This document shows, piece by piece, positions 1-9,808 of a stretch of DNA of 64,000 bases. The DNA comes from Candidatus Brocadiia bacterium (GTDB taxonomy: Bacteria > Planctomycetota > Brocadiia > CAIUPP01). Each line of letters starts with the position of its first letter. Position 1 is the first letter of the stretch. Where the stretch lies: contig JBEKCB010000002.1 in NCBI GenBank assembly GCA_050015075.1, forward strand, positions 64,001 to 128,000. The letters are read 5' to 3'. Both the position numbers and the translations under genes were made by a program. The notes under the pieces are model-generated. The model saw only the letters and a list, made by a program, of their open reading frames with translations, ran no database searches and was not told the DNA's origin.

Positions 1-1
1 C

Positions 2-454
2 GCCTGGTACGCCACCGCGACGAGCCTGCAGGTGCAGGACGGGCTCGGGCTGCAGTACGCCAGCGACATCCGCGGGGACGAGTTCGGCTACCCGGAACTG
101 GACGGCTACCGCTCGACGACGCTGCAAGTGCCGACGACCCAGCCTTGCCTGGAGGAACTTCTGACGCTCGGGCGGAAGGACCTGGACGCCTGCGCGGAAG
201 AGGTGCTCGCCGCGCCGCCCGAAGCGCCGTTTGCCGTCATTCCGCTGCACGCGGAGGTCGAAGGAGGCGTTTACGCGCCCTTCCTCGAGAAGTTGCTTCG
301 AGCGATTGCGGCGCGCGGGGCGCGCGTTCGGACCTTGGAGGAAAAGGCGGCCGAGATTCTCCGCGCCGCCGAACCGCCGCCCTTGATCCAGGTCCGCGCC
401 CTGCCGGTCTCCGGGCGCGCCGGACGGGTGATCATGGCCGTTCCGCGATCCTGA
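2..454 (+). CDS. Polysaccharide deacetylase / ArnD-like deformylase, C-terminal part (runs off the window start)
   Basis: Motifs YASDxRG, QVPTTQP and LHAEVEG resemble ArnD-type deformylases; frame open from the window edge. Confidence 0.7.
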   Translation, partial: AWYATATSLQVQDGLGLQYASDIRGDEFGYPELDGYRSTTLQVPTTQPCLEELLTLGRKDLDACAEEVLAAPPEAPFAVIPLHAEVEGGVYAPFLEKLLRAIAARGARVRTLEEKAAEILRAAEPPPLIQVRALPVSGRAGRVIMAVPRS

Positions 455-481
455 TCGCCAGGCCGGCGGACGAAGCCGCTC

Positions 482-2152
482 TCACCTCTTGACACCCCAG
501 ATGAGCAGCGCCAGGCCGATGCAGCCGAGCGCGCCGTTGGCCATCCACTCCGCGATCCAGGGAGCGAGGTACCCGTCGGTGGCGAGCGTTTCGCCGACCA
601 TCATCAGCGGGTAGTGGATAAAGAGGACGATGCAGAACGAGATGGCCAGGGCGACGATGAACGAGCCGCGGCGCGAGAGAATGCCCAACGGGATGCCGAC
701 GAGCATGAAGATGAGGCACGTGGCGGAGCCGGCGTTGCGGAAGTGTAACTCGGACTGCGCGTCTATCCAGTGTTCGAATTCGTCGAGCTTCCCCTGAACC
801 GCGGCGCAACGGCGCCGCTCCGCCGCAGCCACACTCGCCTCGGCATCCGCCGCCTTGTAATCGGTCTCGGCGCCGGCGAAGGCCGCGCCGGCCGCCTGGC
901 GCCGCGCGTCGGCGGCCTGGAGCACGGCCGTCGCGTTCTGAAGTTCCTTATCCGAAGCCGACACGCGCTTCGTCAACTGCGACACGCGCTCGGTGGTGCG
1001 CTTCAACTCCTCCACCAGCGGGCCGAGTTCCTCCTCCGTGGCGCCCTCATCCGTGCGCTCCTGGATATCGTCCTTGAGCTTCTCGAGATACGCCGCCTGG
1101 TCGGCGAGCAAACTCTTCGCTTCCTCGGATCGCTTCCGGGCGCTCTCCTGCACGGCCTGGTCTCCGCGGACTTCCAGCTCCAGTTTATCCAGGGCCGCGC
1201 GCGCCTCGTCCCGTTTCGCCTTCTTCTCGCCCAGGACTTTCGCCAGGTCCGTATACTTCTGATCGGCTTTCTCGAACTCCCTCTTGGCGCTCCAGAACGC
1301 CGTTTTCGGATGCTCGGTCGCGGCGCCGAGTTCTCTGTGGGTCGTGGCGGCGGTCTTGGCGCCCTCGCGGATGCGCTGCAGCAGCGGGCCCAGCGGAAGG
1401 AATTTCGGCTTCAGCGAGGGACCGCCGCTGGCGTTCAGCGGGACATTAATCGTGATCCGCCCGAACCTCCCTATCGGCTTCCTCTCGCTGTCCTTGAGAT
1501 GCACCTCGGAGAGCCGCGGCTCCATCATCACGCCGCTTTCCAGCGTCAACGTGGCGTTGTTTTCGTCCACGCGCTTCCAGACTCCGCGCCGCGCCCACCA
1601 CCACCGGCTGGGAATCTCGTCGGCGAATTCGATCAGCGCGACGCTCTTCCAGGACATATCTTTCGGGTCCGTGCCGCCGATGTAGATATAGTAAGGGTCC
1701 ACCCGCCAGCCGGTCCTCGTCTGCCCGACCATCTCGGCGACGTCGTTGATGAGCTTGTTGCGCAATCCGGTGACGCGCTGCAGGGCCCACGGGAAGAAGT
1801 ACTGGTTCATGAAGAACGTCGCGCAACAGACGATCAGCGCGAGCGCCAGCGGCGGGACGATGATGTGGTTCACGTTGATGCCGTTGGCGCGCATGGCGTC
1901 AATCTCATGCCGGCTGCTGAGCCGCCCGAAGACCAGGACCGCGGCGAGCAGGAAGGCGGCCGGCAGCGCGTACGGCAGGCTGAGCATCAGGATATACGGG
2001 ATGATGTAGTAGATCTGGACGACGCTGACGCCCTCGCGCGTGAACGATGCGGAAAGTCCGAGGAAGAAGATCGCCGTCAGCGCCACGGCGCAGATCCCGA
2101 TGACCGGGATGATCTCCCACAGAACGTATCGTTGCAGACGCGAGGGAATCAC
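482..2152 (-). CDS. LptF/LptG-family LPS export permease with a long coiled-coil insertion
   Basis: N-terminal RYVLWE plus 3 TM helices, GRLSSRHEIDAMRANGI motif, ELHFR before C-terminal TMs, LAPWIAEWMAN end motif. Confidence 0.85.
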   Translation of the reverse strand: MIPSRLQRYVLWEIIPVIGICAVALTAIFFLGLSASFTREGVSVVQIYYIIPYILMLSLPYALPAAFLLAAVLVFGRLSSRHEIDAMRANGINVNHIIVPPLALALIVCCATFFMNQYFFPWALQRVTGLRNKLINDVAEMVGQTRTGWRVDPYYIYIGGTDPKDMSWKSVALIEFADEIPSRWWWARRGVWKRVDENNATLTLESGVMMEPRLSEVHLKDSERKPIGRFGRITINVPLNASGGPSLKPKFLPLGPLLQRIREGAKTAATTHRELGAATEHPKTAFWSAKREFEKADQKYTDLAKVLGEKKAKRDEARAALDKLELEVRGDQAVQESARKRSEEAKSLLADQAAYLEKLKDDIQERTDEGATEEELGPLVEELKRTTERVSQLTKRVSASDKELQNATAVLQAADARRQAAGAAFAGAETDYKAADAEASVAAAERRRCAAVQGKLDEFEHWIDAQSELHFRNAGSATCLIFMLVGIPLGILSRRGSFIVALAISFCIVLFIHYPLMMVGETLATDGYLAPWIAEWMANGALGCIGLALLIWGVKR

Positions 2153-2372
2153 GGAAGGCTCCGGACCGTGCTGAAAAATGCGCCTTCGAACACTGCTCCG
2201 TCGAGCAGCGGCCTTTCGCCGTGTGGCACCAGAGCATAGCGCATCGGCCCCGCGCTTTCAATATTCCCGCGTTCGAAGGAAGTTTGTGCCGTCGGAGGTA
2301 GCGCTCATTCGGCTCGAACCGAGCGCCGAAGCGTATTCCCGCCCATAACAGGGCCCACGCTTTCCGGCTGGG

Positions 2373-3122
2373 TCAAGAGCCGGCCGAGCAAGCGCGGAAG
2401 AGCATGAAGAGGCCCAGCGCCAGGATCAGCCCCGCGACGATCCTGCGGAAGACCGGCTCCGGAATTCTTCTCAGCAGCCGCGCCCCGCCGAGTGTGCCGA
2501 CCAGGACACCGAGGGTGAGCACGGCGATGGCCGGCCAGATGCCCGCCAGTTCGCGCCCCTGCGTCCAGAGATAGACCGGCAGGCGCGCGCCGTCCACCAT
2601 CAGCGTAATGGCCGTGGCCGTGGCGATGAACGCGTCGCGCGGCAGGCCGACGCCGAGCATCGCCGCCGAGCGGATTCCGCCCTGGTTCCCGACCAATCCG
2701 CCGAACACGCCGGAAAGCGCGCCGGCGACCCATGCCGCCGCCCCCGTGAACCGCAACCGTTGCGCCAGGCCCGTCAGCCCCAGCACCCCGGCGAAGATCA
2801 GCAGGCACGCGAAGACGAACGTCAGCGCGCGACTGGCGGCGTAGCGGTAAAGCAGCGCGCCGAGCAACCCGCCGGCGGCGCTCGTCAGGCCGAAGCTCCA
2901 CAGCACGCGGCGGTCAATCGCCTTTCGCAGCAGCCAGAATCGCAGTGCCGTCCCGGCCACGTGCGGGATCGCCACGGCCGCGACGGCCAGCTTGGTGCCG
3001 GCCCGCACCGCCAGCAGCGGCGTGAGCAGGCTGCCGATGCCGAACCCCGACAGCCCGGCAATCCCGCCCGCCGCAATGCCGACCAGTCCGCCGAGGAACA
3101 GGAACAAAGGCCCCATGAGCAT
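2373..3122 (-). CDS. Sulfite exporter TauE/SafE family membrane protein
   Basis: GLSGFGIGSLLTPLL and GVFGGLVGNQGG repeats, about 8 TM segments. Confidence 0.85.
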   Translation of the reverse strand: MLMGPLFLFLGGLVGIAAGGIAGLSGFGIGSLLTPLLAVRAGTKLAVAAVAIPHVAGTALRFWLLRKAIDRRVLWSFGLTSAAGGLLGALLYRYAASRALTFVFACLLIFAGVLGLTGLAQRLRFTGAAAWVAGALSGVFGGLVGNQGGIRSAAMLGVGLPRDAFIATATAITLMVDGARLPVYLWTQGRELAGIWPAIAVLTLGVLVGTLGGARLLRRIPEPVFRRIVAGLILALGLFMLFRACSAGS

Positions 3123-3436
3123 TCGCCGCCGACGTAAAGCACTGAAAAGGACTTGCGAGCCCGCGACTCCATTCTAGCAAATGGATGGAAGAAAACCAGC
3201 GGCCGCCGCTCGAAGCTTGACCGCCGAATTATCATCCGCGTCGGTTGAAATTCTGCTTCCGGTTGCGCTATACTCAGGGTAACGAACGTGAGTTGATTCG
3301 CCAACTTTGAATTTGCGGTTGATGGCGCATGCGGTCGGACAGCGGACTTCGCCGCTTGTCGTATGAGGAGTCCTCTGCGGGAGCGTGGGGCTGCCTGAAT
3401 GCCGGCGCAGGCTCTTGACACTGCGCAGAGGAGTCC

Positions 3437-4543
3437 ATGAGTCCAGTCATCACCGATTCAGGCGCTCAGTTGGTTCCCGATCCCGCTTCGCAGCTCTATC
3501 GCGTGACGGCCTTCAAGAGCCTCCCGAACGTCATCTACGCAATGACCCGGCGCGGCTTCCCGGGCAACGGGTCCTTCGCGGGACCCGCCGGCCGGGCGCA
3601 GCGCGCGGAATTCGCCCGACAGCTCGGCATTGACCTCGCCAATACCGTCTGGCTGGACCCCGAAGGCTCCGGCGATGTCGTATTCCTCTCCGAAAAAGAT
3701 CGGGGCCACGGCGCGGACGACTGGGAGACCCGCGTCCGCGGCGCCAGCGGCATCGTCACCGACGGCCTCAATCTCTTCCTCTGTGCGCTCTACAACGACA
3801 ACGCGGTCGTGGTGCTCTTCGACCCGTTCTGCTACGGCATCGCGATGGTCAACATTCAACCGGGCAAGGCCTCGGCCGAGGCGCTCAGCAAAGCGGTGCT
3901 TATGCTCTCGCAACGGACCGGCGCAGATCCGACCAAGATGCAGGCCCTGGTCGGGCCGTGCGTAGGGCCGTGCTGCAAGACGTTCCCGAACCCCGGCGCG
4001 GTCGGAACGCGCACTCTCACGAACCTGTGGGACCTGACGCGCGGCGCCCTGATGGAGGTCGGCCTCAACCGCACCCAGGTTTTCAATCCGCGCGTCTGCA
4101 CGGCCTGCGGGGATACGGAATTCTTCTCCCGCGAGGTGGATGGCGCCGCCGCCCCGGCCGGCGCGATAGCGTTCGGCATCCGCGACAACGGCTCGCTCAA
4201 GGCGCAACTGGTCACGCGCCGCGCGGCCCAGGTGGCGCGCCGCCAGGCCGCCGCCGCGGCGCCGGTGGAAGTTTCGCTCACCGGCGAAGAGCAGCGCCTC
4301 AACCGCATGATGCGCTGCCCGTACGGGCAGAAGAAGGTCTATATCCGCTCGGTCCTCGATGGCTCGTCCGGCGGAACCTCGAAGCCGGTCCTCGCCCTGC
4401 GCTGCGCCGTCATGGAGCACGTCGGCCAGGCCGTGGGCGGCTACAACATCGTGCAGAAGGACTACATCGAAAAGACCTGCTGCGCCGACTACTCCAAGTG
4501 CAAGGCATACCAGGAATTCCTCAGGCGCCAGAAGAGGCTCTGA
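3437..4543 (+). CDS. Degenerate YfiH/PgeF-family protein fused to a Cys-rich C-terminal domain
   Basis: GPCVGPCC and CTACGDTEFFSR motifs of YfiH; GAGGAG RBS upstream. Confidence 0.7.
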   Translation: MSPVITDSGAQLVPDPASQLYRVTAFKSLPNVIYAMTRRGFPGNGSFAGPAGRAQRAEFARQLGIDLANTVWLDPEGSGDVVFLSEKDRGHGADDWETRVRGASGIVTDGLNLFLCALYNDNAVVVLFDPFCYGIAMVNIQPGKASAEALSKAVLMLSQRTGADPTKMQALVGPCVGPCCKTFPNPGAVGTRTLTNLWDLTRGALMEVGLNRTQVFNPRVCTACGDTEFFSREVDGAAAPAGAIAFGIRDNGSLKAQLVTRRAAQVARRQAAAAAPVEVSLTGEEQRLNRMMRCPYGQKKVYIRSVLDGSSGGTSKPVLALRCAVMEHVGQAVGGYNIVQKDYIEKTCCADYSKCKAYQEFLRRQKRL

Positions 4544-4684
4544 GCGCCGTCGCGCTCGTCGTCCCGGGCGCTCGAGTATGCATCCTGACCCGGCCGGGCG
4601 CGAGTGCGGCCGTTTGGCAATCCGCCTCCCGATCTGGTATGCTCACGCCTTCAGTCCATACCCATCCGGTTTTCCGGGCCGGCT

Positions 4685-6433
4685 ATGTATAAGCTCCTGA
4701 TCGCATTTCGATATCTCAGGCGGAACTGGCTCAACCTCGTCGGCACCCTCGCGGTGGCGCTGGCGGTCATGGCGCCGATCTGCGTCCTCTCGGTCATGAA
4801 GGGGTTCGACCAGGAATTCCGCTCCCGCATCCGCGCCACGCTCTCGGACCTGATCGTCGAGCGGCGCACGGACGATCCCTTCGCCGGCTACGAAGCGATG
4901 ATCGCCCGAATCGAGAAAATCCCCCACGTCGTCGCCTGCGCGCCGCAATACGACGGGCTGGGTCTGCTCAAGCTGAAGCGGCAGTCGCGCTACGTGGAGT
5001 TCCACGGCGTGGACCTTGCCAGCGAGAACAAGGCGACCGACTTCGCCGAGTTCTGGCGGATGTGGCGCGGGCGGCAGGCACGCCTGGACCTGGCCGCACT
5101 GGCCGCGCAGGGCTCCGGGCTGGCCGGCGAGCCGAAGCCGGTGATCACCGGACTGCTCTCGTCCATGCGCCACGATGATTTTTCCCTTCTCGAATCCGCC
5201 GACCGCGACGCGGCCAGGTCCTGGGCGGAACGCAACCACGTGGACCTCGAAGCCGCGCTGCACACGGGCGATGCCGCCATGCCGGAATGGGGCCCATCGG
5301 CCGACCCGAAATATTCTCCGGCCTTTCCCGGCGAAGAACTCGTCGTGCTGGGGAAATACCCGGACGGCCGCGAGGCCTCGCTGGACCTCGGCGACGAGGT
5401 CACGCTGATCGCGGCGTCGGACGTGTTCGAGCGCACCTTCCGGCGCTGCCGGATCGTGGGCAAGTTCCGCTCGGGCATGTCCGAATACGACACGCGCAAC
5501 ATCTATCTCCCGCTGACCGACGTTCAGGACTTCATGCAGCAGCCGGACAAGGTGACGAGCATCAACATCCGCCTGGATTCCTTCGACCACGCGCTCGAAG
5601 TCCGCGCCGCACTCATGGGCATCCTCACGCCCGAAGAAATGGCCGCCGGCCTCGACCTTGTTCGCCCGCTGCTGCGGAAGCAGAACCCCGCCGCGCTGAA
5701 CTCGCTCGACGAGGAGTTCCGCCGGCTCCGCGCGGACCTGCCCAAGTGGCTCGCCGACCGCAATCCGCTGGCGGTCGAGGTCTCGCAGGACATGACCGGG
5801 GAACTGGAGCGCGTCATCGCGGACGTCCTCCATGCTTCCGGCGACTCCGCGCCCAAGGCGACGCTCGAGCAGATGGTGGACTTCCAGAAGAAGGTCGTCG
5901 CGCGGGCGAGCGGCGCGATCGGCGAGGATTTCCGCGTGAGCACCTGGGAGGACAAGCGGCTGACGTTCCTCCGCGCCGTGGCGCTCGAGCGCCAGGTGAT
6001 GGGATTCATCCTCTTTTTCGTGGGCCTCATCGCCGGCTTCCTCATCCTCTCGCTCCTCCACACCACCGTCATCTCCAAGACGCGCGACATCGGCACCCTG
6101 AAGTCCATCGGCGGCAGCGTGCACGGCATCATGTCCATCTTCCTCCTCAACGGCCTGCTCATGGGCCTCATCGGGTCGGCCTTCGGGACCGCCGGCGGTT
6201 TTCTCATCACGCGGAACATTAACGCCATCGAGAGCTTCCTGGAGCGGATCGTGGGGTTCAGCCTGTTCCCGTCGGACATTTACTATCTCGACCGGATTCC
6301 CGTGGACCAGCATCCCTGGCCGAACATCCTGGTGATCTGCGTCCTGGCGGTGGCCGTGAGCCTGGGCGCCAGCATTCTGCCGGCCTGGAAGGCCGCGCGG
6401 ATGGACGCGGTGGAGGCGCTGCGGTATGAGTGA
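4685..6433 (+). CDS. lolE: Lipoprotein-releasing ABC permease LolC/E family, enlarged periplasmic domain
   Basis: IAFRYLR start, SVMKGF, KTRDIGTLKSIG, YYLDRIP, PAWKAARMDAVEALRYE end; overlaps lolD. Confidence 0.88.
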   Translation: MYKLLIAFRYLRRNWLNLVGTLAVALAVMAPICVLSVMKGFDQEFRSRIRATLSDLIVERRTDDPFAGYEAMIARIEKIPHVVACAPQYDGLGLLKLKRQSRYVEFHGVDLASENKATDFAEFWRMWRGRQARLDLAALAAQGSGLAGEPKPVITGLLSSMRHDDFSLLESADRDAARSWAERNHVDLEAALHTGDAAMPEWGPSADPKYSPAFPGEELVVLGKYPDGREASLDLGDEVTLIAASDVFERTFRRCRIVGKFRSGMSEYDTRNIYLPLTDVQDFMQQPDKVTSINIRLDSFDHALEVRAALMGILTPEEMAAGLDLVRPLLRKQNPAALNSLDEEFRRLRADLPKWLADRNPLAVEVSQDMTGELERVIADVLHASGDSAPKATLEQMVDFQKKVVARASGAIGEDFRVSTWEDKRLTFLRAVALERQVMGFILFFVGLIAGFLILSLLHTTVISKTRDIGTLKSIGGSVHGIMSIFLLNGLLMGLIGSAFGTAGGFLITRNINAIESFLERIVGFSLFPSDIYYLDRIPVDQHPWPNILVICVLAVAVSLGASILPAWKAARMDAVEALRYE

Positions 6434-7118
6434 TTTCCTGGCCGCGCGCGACCTGGTCAAGGAGTACGTGCAGGGCGACGAGAAGCTGCGCGTGCTGCGC
6501 GGCGTCTCGCTGAACGTGCGCGAGGGCGAGTTCCTCGTCATCGTCGGCGCCTCGGGCGCCGGCAAGAGCACGCTGCTGCATCTGCTCGGCCTGCTCGACT
6601 CGCCGACCGCCGGCGAGGTGCTGTTCGAGGGGAAGAGCCTGACGCGACTCTCCGGCCTGCAGCAGGCGCGGCTGCGGAACACGCTCTTCGGGTTCGTCTT
6701 TCAGTTCTTCCACCTGCTGCCGGACTTCAACGCGCTGGAGAACGTCATGATGCCCGCGTACGTGCGGTTCCGCACGCTCGAGTGGGCGCGGCGCCGGCGG
6801 GAGACGCGCGCGCGCGCCGCGGACCTGCTCGCGCGCGTCGGCCTGAAAGAGCGCCTCCGCCACCGCCCGAACCAGCTTTCGGGCGGCGAGCGCCAGCGCG
6901 TGGCCCTCTGCCGCGCCCTGATCAACCAGCCGCGCGTGCTGCTGCTCGACGAGCCCACCGGCAACCTGGACCGCAAGACCGGCGAGCAGATCCACCGGTT
7001 GATCCACGACATCAACCGCGCCGAGCGCCAGACCGTCGTCATGGTCACCCACGACGAGACCGCCGCGCAGGCCGCCGGAAGGCTCATCCGCATCCGCGAC
7101 GGCGAATTGACCGCCTGA
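6426..7118 (+). CDS. lolD: Lipoprotein-releasing ABC ATPase
   Basis: Walker A GASGAGKST, LSGGERQR, DEPTGNLD, GFVFQFFHLL. Confidence 0.92.
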   Translation: MSDFLAARDLVKEYVQGDEKLRVLRGVSLNVREGEFLVIVGASGAGKSTLLHLLGLLDSPTAGEVLFEGKSLTRLSGLQQARLRNTLFGFVFQFFHLLPDFNALENVMMPAYVRFRTLEWARRRRETRARAADLLARVGLKERLRHRPNQLSGGERQRVALCRALINQPRVLLLDEPTGNLDRKTGEQIHRLIHDINRAERQTVVMVTHDETAAQAAGRLIRIRDGELTA

Positions 7119-7129
7119 GCGGGGCAATT

Positions 7130-7262
7130 CTCCACCACGACGACACGACGATCACGACGAACCTCGCACAAGGAACATCAAACAAGGGAATTCTGTAACA
7201 GCAGTTCCGTCGTGATCGTTGTGTCGTCGTGGTGGAAGTTTACGTCGTGTCGTCGTGGTGAA
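7130..7262. repeat. Palindromic intergenic mini-element (CCACGACGACACGACG arms), copy 1
   Basis: ccaccacgacgacacgacgatcacgacg ... cgtcgtgatcgttgtgtcgtcgtggtgg inverted arms; related copy at 11894-12006. Confidence 0.8.
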
Positions 7263-7287
7263 GAAGTTGCGGCAATACGAGGTCAAC

Positions 7288-7328
7288 AAAAAAGACGCGG
7301 AGCGGACCGGTTTCCCGATCCGCTCCGC
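7288..7328 (-). terminator. Probable intrinsic terminator of the FKBP gene
   Basis: gcggagcgga...tccgctccgc stem followed by a T-run on the minus strand. Confidence 0.65.
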
Positions 7329-7362
7329 CATCGTCCATCCACAGCGACCGGCTTGCGCCCGA

Positions 7363-8217
7363 TTACTTGGCCGGGGGCATGTCTGCCGGCTTCTCCTTGA
7401 TTGAGAGCACCTCGACCTCGAAGATCAGCACGGCGTTCGGCCCGATGACCGGAAACATGCCTTCTTCCTTGTAGCCGAGGTCCGCCGGAATGTAGATCAT
7501 CCATTTCGAGCCGGCCTTCATCAGCTTCAGCGCGTCGGTCATGCCCGGGATGAACGAGCCGTCGAGCGCAACCTGCAGCGGCTTGCCGTGCTTGACGGAA
7601 CTGTCGAACTCCGTGCCGTCAATGAATGTGCCGCGATAGTTCAACGTCACGATGTCGGTCGGCCCGGGCAGCTTGCCCTCGCCTTCCTTGAGCACCTCGT
7701 ACTGCAACCCGCTCGGCAGCGTAACGACGCCCTTTTTCTTCTTGTTCTCCGCGAGGAACTTGGGCCCTTCCACCTTGTTCTTCTCGCCCATTTCCTTCAT
7801 GCGCGCGGTCATTTCCTTCATGCGCTCCTGCCGTTTCGCCTCCACCTCGGCCTTCATCTTCTCGAGCGCTCCCTGGACTTCCTCATCGGTGAGCGCCAGC
7901 TTGCGGCCGGCCACCGAGTCGCGCATGCCCTGGAACAGGCTCTCCATGTCCAGGTCCAGATTGACGTTCTTCAACTGGATGCCCCAGGACGCGCCGATGG
8001 AGTAGCTGATCTTTTCCTTATCGGTCTTCAGCGTGACAGGCGCCGGACTCTCGGTCGTCGCCGCAGCAGCAGCCGTCGTCGCCGGAGCGGGCGCCGCCTC
8101 GGCGGGAGTCGTTGCCGCCGGAGCGGCCTTTTCGGTCGCCGGCGCCTCGTCCGCCGCGTACATCGGGACAGACGCCGCCAGCGTCAATGCACAGAGCAAG
8201 CCGTACAACTTCTTCAT
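7363..8217 (-). CDS. FKBP-type peptidyl-prolyl cis-trans isomerase (FkpA/Mip-like), secreted
   Basis: Signal peptide, SYSIG N-domain, TLPSGLQYEVLKEG, GTEFDSS, IGPNAVLIFEVEVL. Confidence 0.93.
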   Translation of the reverse strand: MKKLYGLLCALTLAASVPMYAADEAPATEKAAPAATTPAEAAPAPATTAAAAATTESPAPVTLKTDKEKISYSIGASWGIQLKNVNLDLDMESLFQGMRDSVAGRKLALTDEEVQGALEKMKAEVEAKRQERMKEMTARMKEMGEKNKVEGPKFLAENKKKKGVVTLPSGLQYEVLKEGEGKLPGPTDIVTLNYRGTFIDGTEFDSSVKHGKPLQVALDGSFIPGMTDALKLMKAGSKWMIYIPADLGYKEEGMFPVIGPNAVLIFEVEVLSIKEKPADMPPAK

Positions 8218-8385
8218 GGCCTTCCACCTTCTGGATTAAGACTGAGGGACCGGGTCTCGTGCGCCGTCTCAACGCTCGGCGCATCCCGCGAGACATAGAC
8301 CTTTATTATAGGCCCCCCGGCCGCAAAGCGCAACCGGCGCGAGGCGTGTATCGTTCCAGAAATAATCTGCATAAGTTCAGCACGC

Positions 8386-8471
8386 GTCACCCTGAGCGCA
8401 GCGAAGGGTCTCATACCACAAACCGCTGCCCGCGCGCTGGGTATGAGATTCCTCGCTCCGCTCGGAATGAC
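8386..8471. repeat. REP-like hairpin (GTCAYYCTGAGCGCAGCGAAG type), copy 1
   Basis: gtcaccctgagcgcagcgaagggtctc ... gagattcctcgctccgctcggaatgac; related copy at 10888-10972. Confidence 0.8.
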
Positions 8472-8513
8472 CGCCTATTGCGCAACTTATTTCTGAAACG
8501 CCACACCAGGCGT

Positions 8514-9755
8514 TCAGCGATACACACCGAACTCGCCGGCCGCGGCGAACAGCGCCTCCACATTCTCCACCGGCACGTCCTGCTGGATATTGTGGACCTG
8601 CGTGAAGACGAAGCCGCCGCCGGGCGCGAAGATTTCCATGTTGCGGCGGACGTGCTCGCGCACCTGGGCGGGCGTGCCGAGCGGCAGCACCTTCTGCGTG
8701 TCGCAGCCGCCGCCCCAGAAGACGATCTTCCCGCCGAACTCGCGCTTCAGGCGCGCCGGCTCCATGTTCGCGGCGGAAATCTGCACCGGGTTCAGGATGT
8801 CCACCCCCGCCTCGATCCAATGCGGGATGTAATGATAGATCGAGCCGCAGGAATGCAGGAAGGTCTTCCATTTCGTGTTCGCGTGGACCCAGCCGCAGAC
8901 GCGCCGGTAGTGCGGCAGGATCATCTCGACGAACAGCTCCGGCCGGAGGAGTTCGCCGCGCTGCGTGCCGCCGTCGTCCGAGGCGATGCCCCAGGCGAAC
9001 GCGCGGTCCCCGACGGCCTGGTGGTAGAGCTTCAGGCACGAGATCGCCGCGTCCACCGCGCGGCCCATCATCTCATTCGCGGCCTCCTTCTCCGCCATGA
9101 GCATGCAGAGCCAGTCGTCGAGCGAGCCCTGCGTGATGTTGTCCGCCAGCAGCCAGCTCATCCCGAACACGCTGATCGCGGCGCCCCAGCCGAGGATCGC
9201 CTTGTCGGTATTCTCATACAGGTCGCGCGCCCGCTGCTCGGTCAGCCGCAGGTCCTCGTCCGGCACCGTGTGGCTCGGCTGGAACAAACTGGGATCAATG
9301 CGTTTGCCGCTCATCGTCGTGCGGATGAAATCGAAATAGAACCCGTCCTTCGGCATGCGCGCATAAGGCGTCCCGTCCGCGCGCCGCAGCGTCCATGAGC
9401 CGTCCGCCTCCACCGCGAGGTTCGTCCGCGGCGGAAAGAACACCGTCGTCCCTTCGAAGAGCCGCCGCTCCAGTCCCTCGTTCGCGTCCTGCCGCGCCCA
9501 GCGCGCCGTGGCCGCCTCGAGCGGCACGACGTCCACGCGCAGCCGGTCGAGCACCGCCGGCTCGACCTCGGCCTGGACCTGCATCACGTCGTGGATCTTC
9601 GTCGGCGTCGCGATGCCCATCCGCCGTTTCAGCCGGTCGTAGACCGCCGCGTTGATCCCCGAAGCGCGCGTCCCGCCCAGGTCAATCGGCACACGGTCCG
9701 CCTCGCGGAAATTCACCGCCGCCAGCACCCGCTCGCGGGAAGTCATCGTCGGCAT
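8514..9755 (-). CDS. Uroporphyrinogen decarboxylase / MtaA-CmuA methyltransferase-like TIM-barrel protein
   Basis: MTSRERV...DRVPIDLGG, DDGGTQ, FLHSCG, ILNPVQ, FWGGGCDTQ, HNIQ motifs; start set at ATG 9755. Confidence 0.85.
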   Translation of the reverse strand: MPTMTSRERVLAAVNFREADRVPIDLGGTRASGINAAVYDRLKRRMGIATPTKIHDVMQVQAEVEPAVLDRLRVDVVPLEAATARWARQDANEGLERRLFEGTTVFFPPRTNLAVEADGSWTLRRADGTPYARMPKDGFYFDFIRTTMSGKRIDPSLFQPSHTVPDEDLRLTEQRARDLYENTDKAILGWGAAISVFGMSWLLADNITQGSLDDWLCMLMAEKEAANEMMGRAVDAAISCLKLYHQAVGDRAFAWGIASDDGGTQRGELLRPELFVEMILPHYRRVCGWVHANTKWKTFLHSCGSIYHYIPHWIEAGVDILNPVQISAANMEPARLKREFGGKIVFWGGGCDTQKVLPLGTPAQVREHVRRNMEIFAPGGGFVFTQVHNIQQDVPVENVEALFAAAGEFGVYR

Positions 9756-9808
9756 CCTCGGCTCCGCCAATTTCCAGATCCGAATTTCCAATATCCAGTT
9801 AGTGCAGG

